Notes under the pieces: generated by a model
Database searches by the model: none
The model's input: the letters and a program-made list of their open reading frames with translations, nothing else
Told to the model about the DNA's origin: nothing
Program-made: the position numbers and the translations under genes
Source of the DNA: a virus
Lineage: Duplodnaviria > Caudoviricetes
Virus record (IMG/VR): IMGVR_UViG_3300017766_001376
Span: 1-36,345 of that record
Reading direction: 5' to 3' (one strand)
Length of the DNA: 36,345 nt
In this document: one piece after another, positions 1 to 8,495 of the stretch
Numbering within the stretch: the first letter of the stretch is position 1
Layout: every line of letters begins with the position of its first letter

Positions 1-1
1 A

Positions 2-1885
2 ATAAATGAAGACATGTTTTCTGAATCTGTTTCTGGTAGTTTATATTTTTATGATCCTGCATTTATAATAGAACAATTAAATTTTACTTCATACGATATT
101 TTAAAATTTAAATTTACAGGACAAGGTGCATCACAAGAATTGTCCTTTAAAATAACAGAAATTATTTCAGACACAAATTCAGTATCTAAAAAAATTGTTG
201 GACCTTTTGGTAATACTGTTCCTGTTGCTGTTCGTTTTGCATCAGATCAATTAATTTTTAGAAATTTTGATACTACGTTATTAAATTCTTTTATTGGTAG
301 AATTTCAAACGATCCAGAAAAACCATCAAAAGCAAAATCGTTAGTAGAAGGTCTTGAGGATTGTAGTAAAGATGATTCTTATAATAAAGCTCCAGGATTT
401 GTTCAATATATTTTTAATGAATACGGAAAAAATGCAGACAATAAGCAAAAAGTATTAAAAGCAGATAGCACATTTAATGATATGTGGTTTAAAATAAATC
501 CTAGTCATTATCCTTGGAGTAAAATTGGTGTTGCTCCAAGAATAGGCCAAATGATGAATTATGTCTGCGAATACGCTTGTTATGCAGATAATCCAAATGC
601 AGTTAATTTTTTCTTTTGGGAAGATCTAGAACAATTTAATTTTAGATGTATTGAGTCTTTATTGATTGAACAAAAAAATAGTGCAGCTGCAACTTATACA
701 CCATCATTAAATGAACAAGATATAAATGCTATTGTGGATTTACAAATTATACAAGAAACACCTATAGCAAAATTAGTTAGCAATGGAGCTTTTAGTGGAG
801 AATATATTAGAATTAAACCAGATTGGAGCAATCCTTATCGATTAATTGTAGATACTGCATCATCTATAAAACGAAATCAGATAAGATATGATTATTATAC
901 AGATAAAGATGCATTTAAAAAAATATCAAAATATCCACCAATAGATCAAAATAATGTTTCAATTGTATATGCTCCAAACAGAATCAGTGATACTAATTAC
1001 GGCTATTATCAAGATGCGTATAGTCAAAAACAAAATCCCTGGTGGAATTATTGGGATCCTAGTTACAAATATTATGAAGGAGAAGATGTTGGTAATGACA
1101 AAGAACAGGTAGAAAGAATAGAACAAAATTATTGGCAAGCTCAGTTTGATTTTTCTGAACTTCCTGGTGTTTGTTTGAAAACTGTCTACGAAAAAATTAA
1201 ATGGCCTTTATCAAAAAAACGATTAGAATATGCGGGTATGAAACGCGCAGAAACTAAATGGAAATTTTATAGAGAAACTATTTTAGGAGAAAGAAACGAA
1301 CCTACAAGTTTTTATGCTGTGTTAACTAGTGCTAGTAAAATTTATGGAAACTCTCCAACCGGAATATACGCTTATAATTTTAAAGAAGTAGAATTTTGGA
1401 AAGCTGAAGAAATTGCTTACTCTAATCGGTACACCACAGAAGTAATACAAACAGAAGCAGGAGATCATCCTTTCCGAGTAGTTACTGTTCCTTGGGGTAT
1501 TCGAGGAACCGCTTATAATATTAATGAATTTTTTAATTTAGAACTACCCGGACAGTACGAAACCACAGTGAATGGTGTAAAGATAAACACCACACTTATT
1601 GCTCCTGGTATTGGTGCAAAAGTAGCAAATCATCTACCTGCAGACGGTAGTTCTTATCCTAAACAATTTAGAATGCAACCTATAGGAAGATATTATATAA
1701 AAAACACAGACGATGCAATTGCACCAATTTATGTTGGAAGAGTTGTAAAAATTGATGTAATTAACGGTAAGATGGTTGATTTATTGTTAAAAGATTATCA
1801 ATCGTGCGGAGCAGTTGCTCCTTCATCAAAACTATATGTTTTTGACGTAGAAAATTCAAATGACGGAGTATGTTCTACAGGATAA
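2..1885 (+). CDS. Baseplate hub (gp27-like), N-terminal part fused to an extra C-terminal domain; 5' end probably outside the window
   Basis: The frame is open upstream of the ATG at 14 (ata aat gaa gac atg = INEDMFSESVSGSL), resembling the N-terminal 'E(D/S)xFxxxxxGxL' of T4-like hub proteins. It also has a hub-like 'NFFFWEDLEQFNFRCIESL' segment and lies upstream of gp25/gp6. Confidence 0.6.
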   Translation: MNEDMFSESVSGSLYFYDPAFIIEQLNFTSYDILKFKFTGQGASQELSFKITEIISDTNSVSKKIVGPFGNTVPVAVRFASDQLIFRNFDTTLLNSFIGRISNDPEKPSKAKSLVEGLEDCSKDDSYNKAPGFVQYIFNEYGKNADNKQKVLKADSTFNDMWFKINPSHYPWSKIGVAPRIGQMMNYVCEYACYADNPNAVNFFFWEDLEQFNFRCIESLLIEQKNSAAATYTPSLNEQDINAIVDLQIIQETPIAKLVSNGAFSGEYIRIKPDWSNPYRLIVDTASSIKRNQIRYDYYTDKDAFKKISKYPPIDQNNVSIVYAPNRISDTNYGYYQDAYSQKQNPWWNYWDPSYKYYEGEDVGNDKEQVERIEQNYWQAQFDFSELPGVCLKTVYEKIKWPLSKKRLEYAGMKRAETKWKFYRETILGERNEPTSFYAVLTSASKIYGNSPTGIYAYNFKEVEFWKAEEIAYSNRYTTEVIQTEAGDHPFRVVTVPWGIRGTAYNINEFFNLELPGQYETTVNGVKINTTLIAPGIGAKVANHLPADGSSYPKQFRMQPIGRYYIKNTDDAIAPIYVGRVVKIDVINGKMVDLLLKDYQSCGAVAPSSKLYVFDVENSNDGVCSTG

Positions 1886-1891
1886 CCTCAA

Positions 1892-2749
1892 ATGAGTAGC
1901 GATCAAATAAACACATCAAATTATTCTAAAGACGATTATAGCGGTTTTTATCCGCATAAACATAGCATTGCTTCCAGAGAAAACAGTAGATTTGGACCGT
2001 CCATGAATCCGGATTTGTTTGTGCCAAATCCAAAATTAGGAGGAGCTGGTTCTCCTCCTGCATATTTAATAAAATATCAACCAGAAGAACCAGAACCAAC
2101 CGAACAACAATTAGTTTGTGCTAAACAAGCAGCAAGCGAATGTGCTTCTATTAAAGAAAAATTAAGTGTTAAATGGTTAGGAATTGATTATTCTGATCCA
2201 AATGCTGCTTATAATTGTTTTTGTAATGATGCTCCCGGAGCCCCACCGGGCCCAGCCACAGACTTTTGGGTTGGTAATGTGCCTGCTGTTGGTCCACAAC
2301 CAGAAACAAATCCACAATTTACCGTGTTACCTAGTGTGGCTGCTAATAGTTCCGGTAGTTACACTCCTCCAAATTATGAAAGTGCAAATTGTGGTACTAA
2401 TTTTGAAAAATATATTGAATTATCTAAAACAAATGCTACTTTTTGGAATACTCCACCAAAAACTCCGTTATATCGTCGGGCACAAACTGCATTATTATCG
2501 TACAACAGAATAAAAATATTAGTTCATGGTGATTTTAAAATCAAACCAGGAAAATTAATTAAAATTGATTATTCTTTATATTTTCAAAATAATGCAAAAA
2601 TTAAAGCCAGCCGTCATGATGGTATCTGGATGGTGTATAAAGTACAACATATAATAACTGGCATAAAACATTCAATGTATTTGTATTTAATGAGAGACGG
2701 GTCTGCTATAGCACCAGGCTCGTATGGTGCGCCAGTTATAGAAACTTAA
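1892..2749 (+). CDS. Baseplate hub (gp27-like), C-terminal part preceded by a Pro/Cys-rich region
   Basis: The C-terminus 'RIKILVHGDFKIKPGKLIKI...HDGIWMVYKVQHII...MYLYLMRDG' matches the pattern of the terminal beta-barrel of gp27/GpD-type hubs. Confidence 0.6.
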   Translation: MSSDQINTSNYSKDDYSGFYPHKHSIASRENSRFGPSMNPDLFVPNPKLGGAGSPPAYLIKYQPEEPEPTEQQLVCAKQAASECASIKEKLSVKWLGIDYSDPNAAYNCFCNDAPGAPPGPATDFWVGNVPAVGPQPETNPQFTVLPSVAANSSGSYTPPNYESANCGTNFEKYIELSKTNATFWNTPPKTPLYRRAQTALLSYNRIKILVHGDFKIKPGKLIKIDYSLYFQNNAKIKASRHDGIWMVYKVQHIITGIKHSMYLYLMRDGSAIAPGSYGAPVIET

Positions 2750-2760
2750 AAATAATCCAT

Positions 2761-2768
2761 TATAAATA
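2761..2768 (+). promoter_or_regulatory. T4-type late promoter TATAAATA
   Basis: Exact consensus, intergenic, 7 nt before the gp25 ATG. Confidence 0.8.
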
Positions 2769-2775
2769 ATTTATA

Positions 2776-3153
2776 ATGGAAAAATATTCAGATATAGACA
2801 TTTTTTTACAAAAAAACGATTTAACAGGGGATGCTCCGTTAAAAACTGGTATACCATCTATACATCAAAGTTTAACAAATATTGCCCTAACTAAAAAAAG
2901 CGAACGAATGTTTCTTCCAACATTTGGAACAGATCTTTTAGAGACGCTTCAAGAAAATTTATTACAATTAGAATATAATATTTTAAAAGAAGTAATAATA
3001 GCTCAATTAGAATCGCAAGAAACAAGAGTCACTATAAATAATTTAGAAATAGAAAAAAATTTAGATGTTTTTAATATAAAAATTTATTATACCACAAAAG
3101 ATGGATATAATAGTTTAGGAATATTAAATTTAACAGTAAATGTAATCGTTTAA
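2776..3153 (+). CDS. gp25: Baseplate wedge / sheath initiator gp25
   Basis: 125 aa with 'YSDID', 'SIHQSLTNIALTKKSERMFLPTFGT' and 'ETRV' motifs; immediately upstream of gp6. Confidence 0.9.
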   Translation: MEKYSDIDIFLQKNDLTGDAPLKTGIPSIHQSLTNIALTKKSERMFLPTFGTDLLETLQENLLQLEYNILKEVIIAQLESQETRVTINNLEIEKNLDVFNIKIYYTTKDGYNSLGILNLTVNVIV

Positions 3154-3162
3154 GGAAAGAAA

Positions 3163-4878
3163 ATGGCAGATACACAACCACAGATAAATATTTCTTCACT
3201 AGATTTTACTGGTATTAAAAATTCATTTAAAGAATATTTAAAAACTATTCCAGAATTTAGTGATTACAGTTATGATGAAGGATCTGCTATAAATTTACTA
3301 TTAGATGTATTTGCTTATAATACTTTATATTATGCATATTACGCAAATATGATTGCAAACGAGTCTTTTTTAGAAACTGCACGAATAGAAAACAATTTTG
3401 CTTCTTTATTAAAACCATTAGGTATACTTCTACCAAGCAAAACTTGTTCGGCAGGAGAAATTACCGGAACTTCTACTCTAGGAACAACTACTACATTTGA
3501 TTCTTATAGTGATTATTTAGTAGGAACTAATTCAAACGGTTTAACTTACAGATTTTATACTATTGAAGATATAGATCTAGATTCAACTACACAAACATTT
3601 AAAGTATATGAAGCTAAAATTATCGCTAATGATATACTTGTTAGTGTTAATTTAAATGATCAAAAAGTTTTTATTGCAGATAAAGATGTAGATATAAACA
3701 CCATAAGAATAAAAGTAAATAATGAAATTTGGTCTTTATACGATGATACTCTTGTAGGAACAGATGCCAAAGTATTTTTTATAGATAGAACTTCCTCTGG
3801 ATTTTATGTATTATTTGGTAAAAAAACATTAAATGATCTTGCTAACAGTTATGGAAAAAATATTGAAGCTGGTGATGTTGTAAAACTTTCATATTTAGTG
3901 CCAACAGGAGCAGTGGCTAATGGAGTATCTTCATACGGATCTAGTAATATTGTTGCTATTAGTAGTGTAGCTACTTCTTCTGGAGGTAAAGATTCTCCAG
4001 ATTTAAATCTGTATCGTTACTCTGCTCCTAGATTTTTTGCTGCAAATGATAGAGCAGTAACAAAAGACGATTTTTATGGATTATTATTAAATTCTAATTT
4101 TTTGCCGATAGATATTACTACTAAAGAACAAATAAACGTTTGGGGAGGTGAAGAAGCAACACCACAATCATTTGGTAGAGTGTTTATTTCTTTTGCCAAC
4201 GATACTTTAACTGCTCAAAATTCTTCTGTGAAAAATAGTATTTCTTATTTAAAAAATAAATCAATTGTAACAATATTACCAGAATATTCTCAAGCTCAAA
4301 TAATAACAGCAAATATCGATCTGGCTATAGTCGGTGTTAGCAGTTACGCAACAGCAATTAAAAATATTGTAAATGCTTATTACAATACAACTTTAATATT
4401 TAATAATAATATATTTATTGGAGATATACAAGCTGCAATTTTAGAACAATATAGTGTAACAGGTATTAATGTAAATTCAATATCTTTAACTTTAGAAGCA
4501 TACGGTTCTGTGACTGATAGAAATCTTTACTTTAAAAATGAATTTGCTAATGCTGCATCTGGTTCTAATTATTCTGTAGTAAAATCTGACACTATAACAT
4601 ATAATGGATCAACAGTATTTTTAGGAGATACACCAACAGTTTTTGATGTGTCTGGCAATTCTGTGGAAGGAAGTTTATACTTATACGATACTACTAATAC
4701 ACAGACAGGAAATGCAGTTGGTAAAGTAAATTATAAGAATGGAATAGTAACTGTGTATGGTGGAATTTTACCAACAACAACAAAAACAAAAATAACAGCA
4801 AAACCAAAATATTTAGATTCTTTATTATTTAACAATGAATTTTTACTTAAAGTAAACACAACAGTAAACGGATCTTAA
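3163..4878 (+). CDS. gp6: Baseplate wedge subunit gp6
   Basis: Motifs 'LDFTGIKNSFKEYL', 'EGSAINLLLDVFAYNTLY', 'NESFLETA', 'RAVTKDDF' and 'VWGGEE...FGRVFIS'; AAGGA RBS. Confidence 0.95.
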   Translation: MADTQPQINISSLDFTGIKNSFKEYLKTIPEFSDYSYDEGSAINLLLDVFAYNTLYYAYYANMIANESFLETARIENNFASLLKPLGILLPSKTCSAGEITGTSTLGTTTTFDSYSDYLVGTNSNGLTYRFYTIEDIDLDSTTQTFKVYEAKIIANDILVSVNLNDQKVFIADKDVDINTIRIKVNNEIWSLYDDTLVGTDAKVFFIDRTSSGFYVLFGKKTLNDLANSYGKNIEAGDVVKLSYLVPTGAVANGVSSYGSSNIVAISSVATSSGGKDSPDLNLYRYSAPRFFAANDRAVTKDDFYGLLLNSNFLPIDITTKEQINVWGGEEATPQSFGRVFISFANDTLTAQNSSVKNSISYLKNKSIVTILPEYSQAQIITANIDLAIVGVSSYATAIKNIVNAYYNTTLIFNNNIFIGDIQAAILEQYSVTGINVNSISLTLEAYGSVTDRNLYFKNEFANAASGSNYSVVKSDTITYNGSTVFLGDTPTVFDVSGNSVEGSLYLYDTTNTQTGNAVGKVNYKNGIVTVYGGILPTTTKTKITAKPKYLDSLLFNNEFLLKVNTTVNGS

Positions 4879-4879
4879 A

Positions 4880-6019
4880 ATGATTTTATGGTTCACTAAC
4901 AAAAAAATTAAAAATACTCAATCACAAGTATTTGAAGAAATTACAGACAGTAAAATACCGCCCGTAGCTGATCTTGCAGTAGCACCATTACAACAATCAA
5001 TTGTTGCTTTTTTTGCTCCAAACGAACAACCAACAACCAGTTGTGCTTATCCAATGAGAGTGGAAGAATTGTTTCCGTATTGGTTAAGACAAAATGTACA
5101 AGGATCTTCAAATTTACTGTTAATGACTAAGAAATATTATGATTGGTTAAGTTGTGGTATGTCTGAAAATAGTGTGAGTTTTTTAAATTTAGAAGATTTA
5201 ATTGACATAGAAACAATTCCTGACGAATTATTAAAGCATCAACTATTTTCTTACGTTAATTCTTTTCCTGTAGAAAATATAAAAACAGCAGACAATCCAA
5301 ATGGAAACGTAGATCCTGCTGGTGTAAGAAAATTATTTGATAATGTTAAAATAAACCTGTATACAAAAAAGGGAACAGAAGAATCATTTAAATTGGTTTT
5401 AGAAAATTTATTTGGCATACCAGCAAATAAAGTTTCTATATCATATCCAAAAAGATATGTTATGCGATTGAATGGTGGTAGATTTGATTGGATGCGCGAT
5501 GATAATTCAAAATCAGAACCTTATACTAACAATAAAAGTAGTTATAATCCACAATTAGTTGGCAGTTATTTAAATCATTCTATATTACAAGACAATAATC
5601 TTTGGCAAGAATACTCTTATGTTTTAAATATTTCTGGATTGTCAGCAGACGCGTATCAAAGCACTGTTAGACCGTTAGTGCATCCTGCTGGAACTAAAGA
5701 TTTTTATAATGTTAGACAAGATATATTTAACAATATATTTAATTCTACAGGAGTTGTCAAATACGAAATTCCAACAATTAAAAATTATGCAGTATATAAT
5801 TTATTAGATTCCGAGACTATAAATTGTGCATTTGGCTGTAGTGGAGGCACAGATAATCCTGGTTATCCATTCGAGTTTCCCAGTTGGGATGATGAAATTT
5901 CTGCTAAATACTATACTGGAATGACATTTGGTATGATAAATATCGGAGACTTTATACGTTTATCGTCTGCAGACGGTAATTATCCAAATGATGGAGTAAC
6001 TTGCGGAGGATGTATATAA
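4880..6019 (+). CDS. gp7: Baseplate wedge initiator, gp7-like (short form)
   Basis: Motifs 'YYDWL', 'LYTKKGTEESFKLVLENLFG', 'LQDNNLWQEYSYVL' and 'LVHPAG'; lies between gp6 and gp8. Confidence 0.8.
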   Translation: MILWFTNKKIKNTQSQVFEEITDSKIPPVADLAVAPLQQSIVAFFAPNEQPTTSCAYPMRVEELFPYWLRQNVQGSSNLLLMTKKYYDWLSCGMSENSVSFLNLEDLIDIETIPDELLKHQLFSYVNSFPVENIKTADNPNGNVDPAGVRKLFDNVKINLYTKKGTEESFKLVLENLFGIPANKVSISYPKRYVMRLNGGRFDWMRDDNSKSEPYTNNKSSYNPQLVGSYLNHSILQDNNLWQEYSYVLNISGLSADAYQSTVRPLVHPAGTKDFYNVRQDIFNNIFNSTGVVKYEIPTIKNYAVYNLLDSETINCAFGCSGGTDNPGYPFEFPSWDDEISAKYYTGMTFGMINIGDFIRLSSADGNYPNDGVTCGGCI

Positions 6020-6025
6020 CACCCA

Positions 6026-7777
6026 ATGACTACAACACCATTAGCATCAACAAATATAAAACAAAAAACTGAACAATTATATATTGTGGCAGGAGGTCTT
6101 TGTGGTGCTCCTGATGGAGAATTTGCTCTTCAGCGAGACACATTTATTGCTAAAAAGATACCAGACTCACAGATACATCTTATAGCAACCAATAATCCGT
6201 GGCAGGCAGAAAAAACATATAATTATTACGTTTCTGAACAAGATTACACCACTGTGTACAATCAAGATAATGGTATTGTTTACCTATGTTTGCACAATAA
6301 TGCTAATTTTAGAAATGATACAGAACCAGGTGAATCCCGAGTTTCACTGGAAGCTCCATCACATACAACCGGGAGACAAACTTACAGTGACGGATACACT
6401 TGGTTACCTTTATGGAAAGTTGATTTTACTGAATATGAGTATGTAACATCAACCGAAATACCGGTTCCAGATTTAAGTACTGAAGCAGATTACAACACAC
6501 TTGCAGAAAAATATGAACCACTTTGCGGTACTGGTACCGGAGTAACTGCTTTTGGTTGCTGCTGTTTATATTTTAAAGAAAATAGCATAGATGAAATTAC
6601 TGGAGAAGTTTACTCTGCAGGAGACGTTACTAATGAAGTAATTTTTTCTGATTGCTTTGAATGCCAAAAAATGGCAGACGCACTGAACCGAGATGTACTA
6701 TTCTTAAGTGGTATTACCGCTGGCGGAATTACCAGCTCTCATCCGCTAGAAAATCCGTTATGTCCTGCTACTAAAACAATTCAAACACTACAACAACAAT
6801 TACAAGCAGACGTTTATAATTTAATTCCTGGATCCAGTAAAGAATATCAACTAGAATTACTAAACAATCATAATGAAACTGGTTTAATGGTTGTTAATAT
6901 CGACTTATCTTCTTTAACAGACACACAAAGAACAATAACACAAGATAATCCCTATTTAACAGTTAGTGATGTTAGCGGTACTGGTGGAGTGGTTCAATTA
7001 AAAACTAATCCTATTGGTCTTAACAGTCATTACGTTTATGGTGTACAATTAGTAACCGAAGGTAGTGGCTACGGTAATCTACCAATATTAAGTGGTGTTA
7101 ACAGCACTTTAATTAACGCAATTAATTTGTTTGTTTATCCAGAAAATTTTTACGATAATCCAGAGCTATTCACTCCAGTAATAAAAAGAAAAATAGAAAC
7201 TTATTTGGAAGAAAGTGAAATATCTGCTGCTGTCCATCAAACCAGCATTCCAAAAATTGCTATCATGGCAGACGCCAAGCTGTTGAGTAATGGCGCACTA
7301 CCAAACTACACCAAGAACGATTCTACTGTATTTGATTTACAGACTAAAGTGGTGGCAAAACGAGGAGCAGAAAGCATACCAGCAGCACCAATAAATCCAG
7401 CTTTCAATCACACTGCAACTTTAGGTACATTACAAACTAATAATGATACTGGATATCAATATTATACAAGTGCATTAAGAAACGATAATTTAGTTGCCAT
7501 AGACGGGTCCGTTACTTTATTAAATGGCAATCAAGCAAAAGGTTATTATGTTGATATATCAGATTCTCCTTATTCGGTATCTGCTTCAAACATATTAACA
7601 ATTGGTGGTATAACCCACGCTATCGATTCGATAACTAGACCAACTCTAGACGTTACAACCGCTAAATTTTACAATTTTAACAGTATTGCAAGTAATCCTA
7701 TAGTAATCAAACAAACTTCAGATCAAACATCAAAAAATCGATGGTATTTTAACATTGATTTAGCAGTTACTACTTAA
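6026..7777 (+). CDS. gp8: Baseplate wedge subunit, gp8-like, with a Cys-rich insertion
   Basis: Contains the gp8 signature 'VYLCLHNN...EAPSHT...SDGYTWLPLW'; synteny after gp7. Confidence 0.8.
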   Translation: MTTTPLASTNIKQKTEQLYIVAGGLCGAPDGEFALQRDTFIAKKIPDSQIHLIATNNPWQAEKTYNYYVSEQDYTTVYNQDNGIVYLCLHNNANFRNDTEPGESRVSLEAPSHTTGRQTYSDGYTWLPLWKVDFTEYEYVTSTEIPVPDLSTEADYNTLAEKYEPLCGTGTGVTAFGCCCLYFKENSIDEITGEVYSAGDVTNEVIFSDCFECQKMADALNRDVLFLSGITAGGITSSHPLENPLCPATKTIQTLQQQLQADVYNLIPGSSKEYQLELLNNHNETGLMVVNIDLSSLTDTQRTITQDNPYLTVSDVSGTGGVVQLKTNPIGLNSHYVYGVQLVTEGSGYGNLPILSGVNSTLINAINLFVYPENFYDNPELFTPVIKRKIETYLEESEISAAVHQTSIPKIAIMADAKLLSNGALPNYTKNDSTVFDLQTKVVAKRGAESIPAAPINPAFNHTATLGTLQTNNDTGYQYYTSALRNDNLVAIDGSVTLLNGNQAKGYYVDISDSPYSVSASNILTIGGITHAIDSITRPTLDVTTAKFYNFNSIASNPIVIKQTSDQTSKNRWYFNIDLAVTT

Positions 7778-7785
7778 TATAAATA
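7778..7785 (+). promoter_or_regulatory. T4-type late promoter TATAAATA
   Basis: Exact consensus directly after the gp8 stop and 7 nt before the ATG at 7793. Confidence 0.8.
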
Positions 7786-7792
7786 ATAAAAA

Positions 7793-8491
7793 ATGACAAT
7801 TCCAGCACCATTTTCAACCGGATTTCCTCTAACTCTGACTCCATTTAAGAGTCGTACAGAGCAACAGTTAGATACTGCCAAAAATTATTTTGCAGTTGCT
7901 TTTAAGCCAGGATATCCATTACAAGCATCCGAATTAAATGAAATTCAAGAAATTTTTTACATTCAACAAACATTAAATGTTCAACTTTTAAATAGCAGTA
8001 ATAGTTGGACTGCGGGTACCACTCCATGGACTGGAGTAACACCAATGTCAAAGTCTTTAATTTCGTTTACTGGAGTTGAAGGTGAACCAATAACTATTAA
8101 TCCTGGTTGGTATTATATAAAAGATCCACAAATTAATGGCGGTATTGGAGTATGGGTATACAACAACACAATCCGCACGGTAAGTACTGGAAATAATGAA
8201 AGCACTACTGATATCACAATAGGATTCACAGTAAAAACTGTAGTAGTGGAATGTACTAATAATAGTACCCCCTCATCCACCGAAGATTCGTATTTACAAG
8301 ATCAATCAAATTTTAATGTGATTGGTGGTCCTTGCGGAGCAGCTAGAATTCAATTACAGATAACCGGTGTAGATTCTCAAGCTGGCGCAGACACAATTTT
8401 TGTTCCTATGTTTGTTGGCCCACGAATTGCAGGAAATACCAGACAAATAACATTTGTTAATTCAGATTACACACAAGTAACAATAACATAA
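7793..8491 (+). CDS. Short DUF4815/VrlC-like baseplate or fibre-attachment protein
   Basis: The N-terminal 'KNYFAVAFKPGYPLQASELNEIQ' matches the start of the protein that follows gp8 in many T4-like phages. Confidence 0.7.
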   Translation: MTIPAPFSTGFPLTLTPFKSRTEQQLDTAKNYFAVAFKPGYPLQASELNEIQEIFYIQQTLNVQLLNSSNSWTAGTTPWTGVTPMSKSLISFTGVEGEPITINPGWYYIKDPQINGGIGVWVYNNTIRTVSTGNNESTTDITIGFTVKTVVVECTNNSTPSSTEDSYLQDQSNFNVIGGPCGAARIQLQITGVDSQAGADTIFVPMFVGPRIAGNTRQITFVNSDYTQVTIT

Positions 8492-8495
8492 CACC

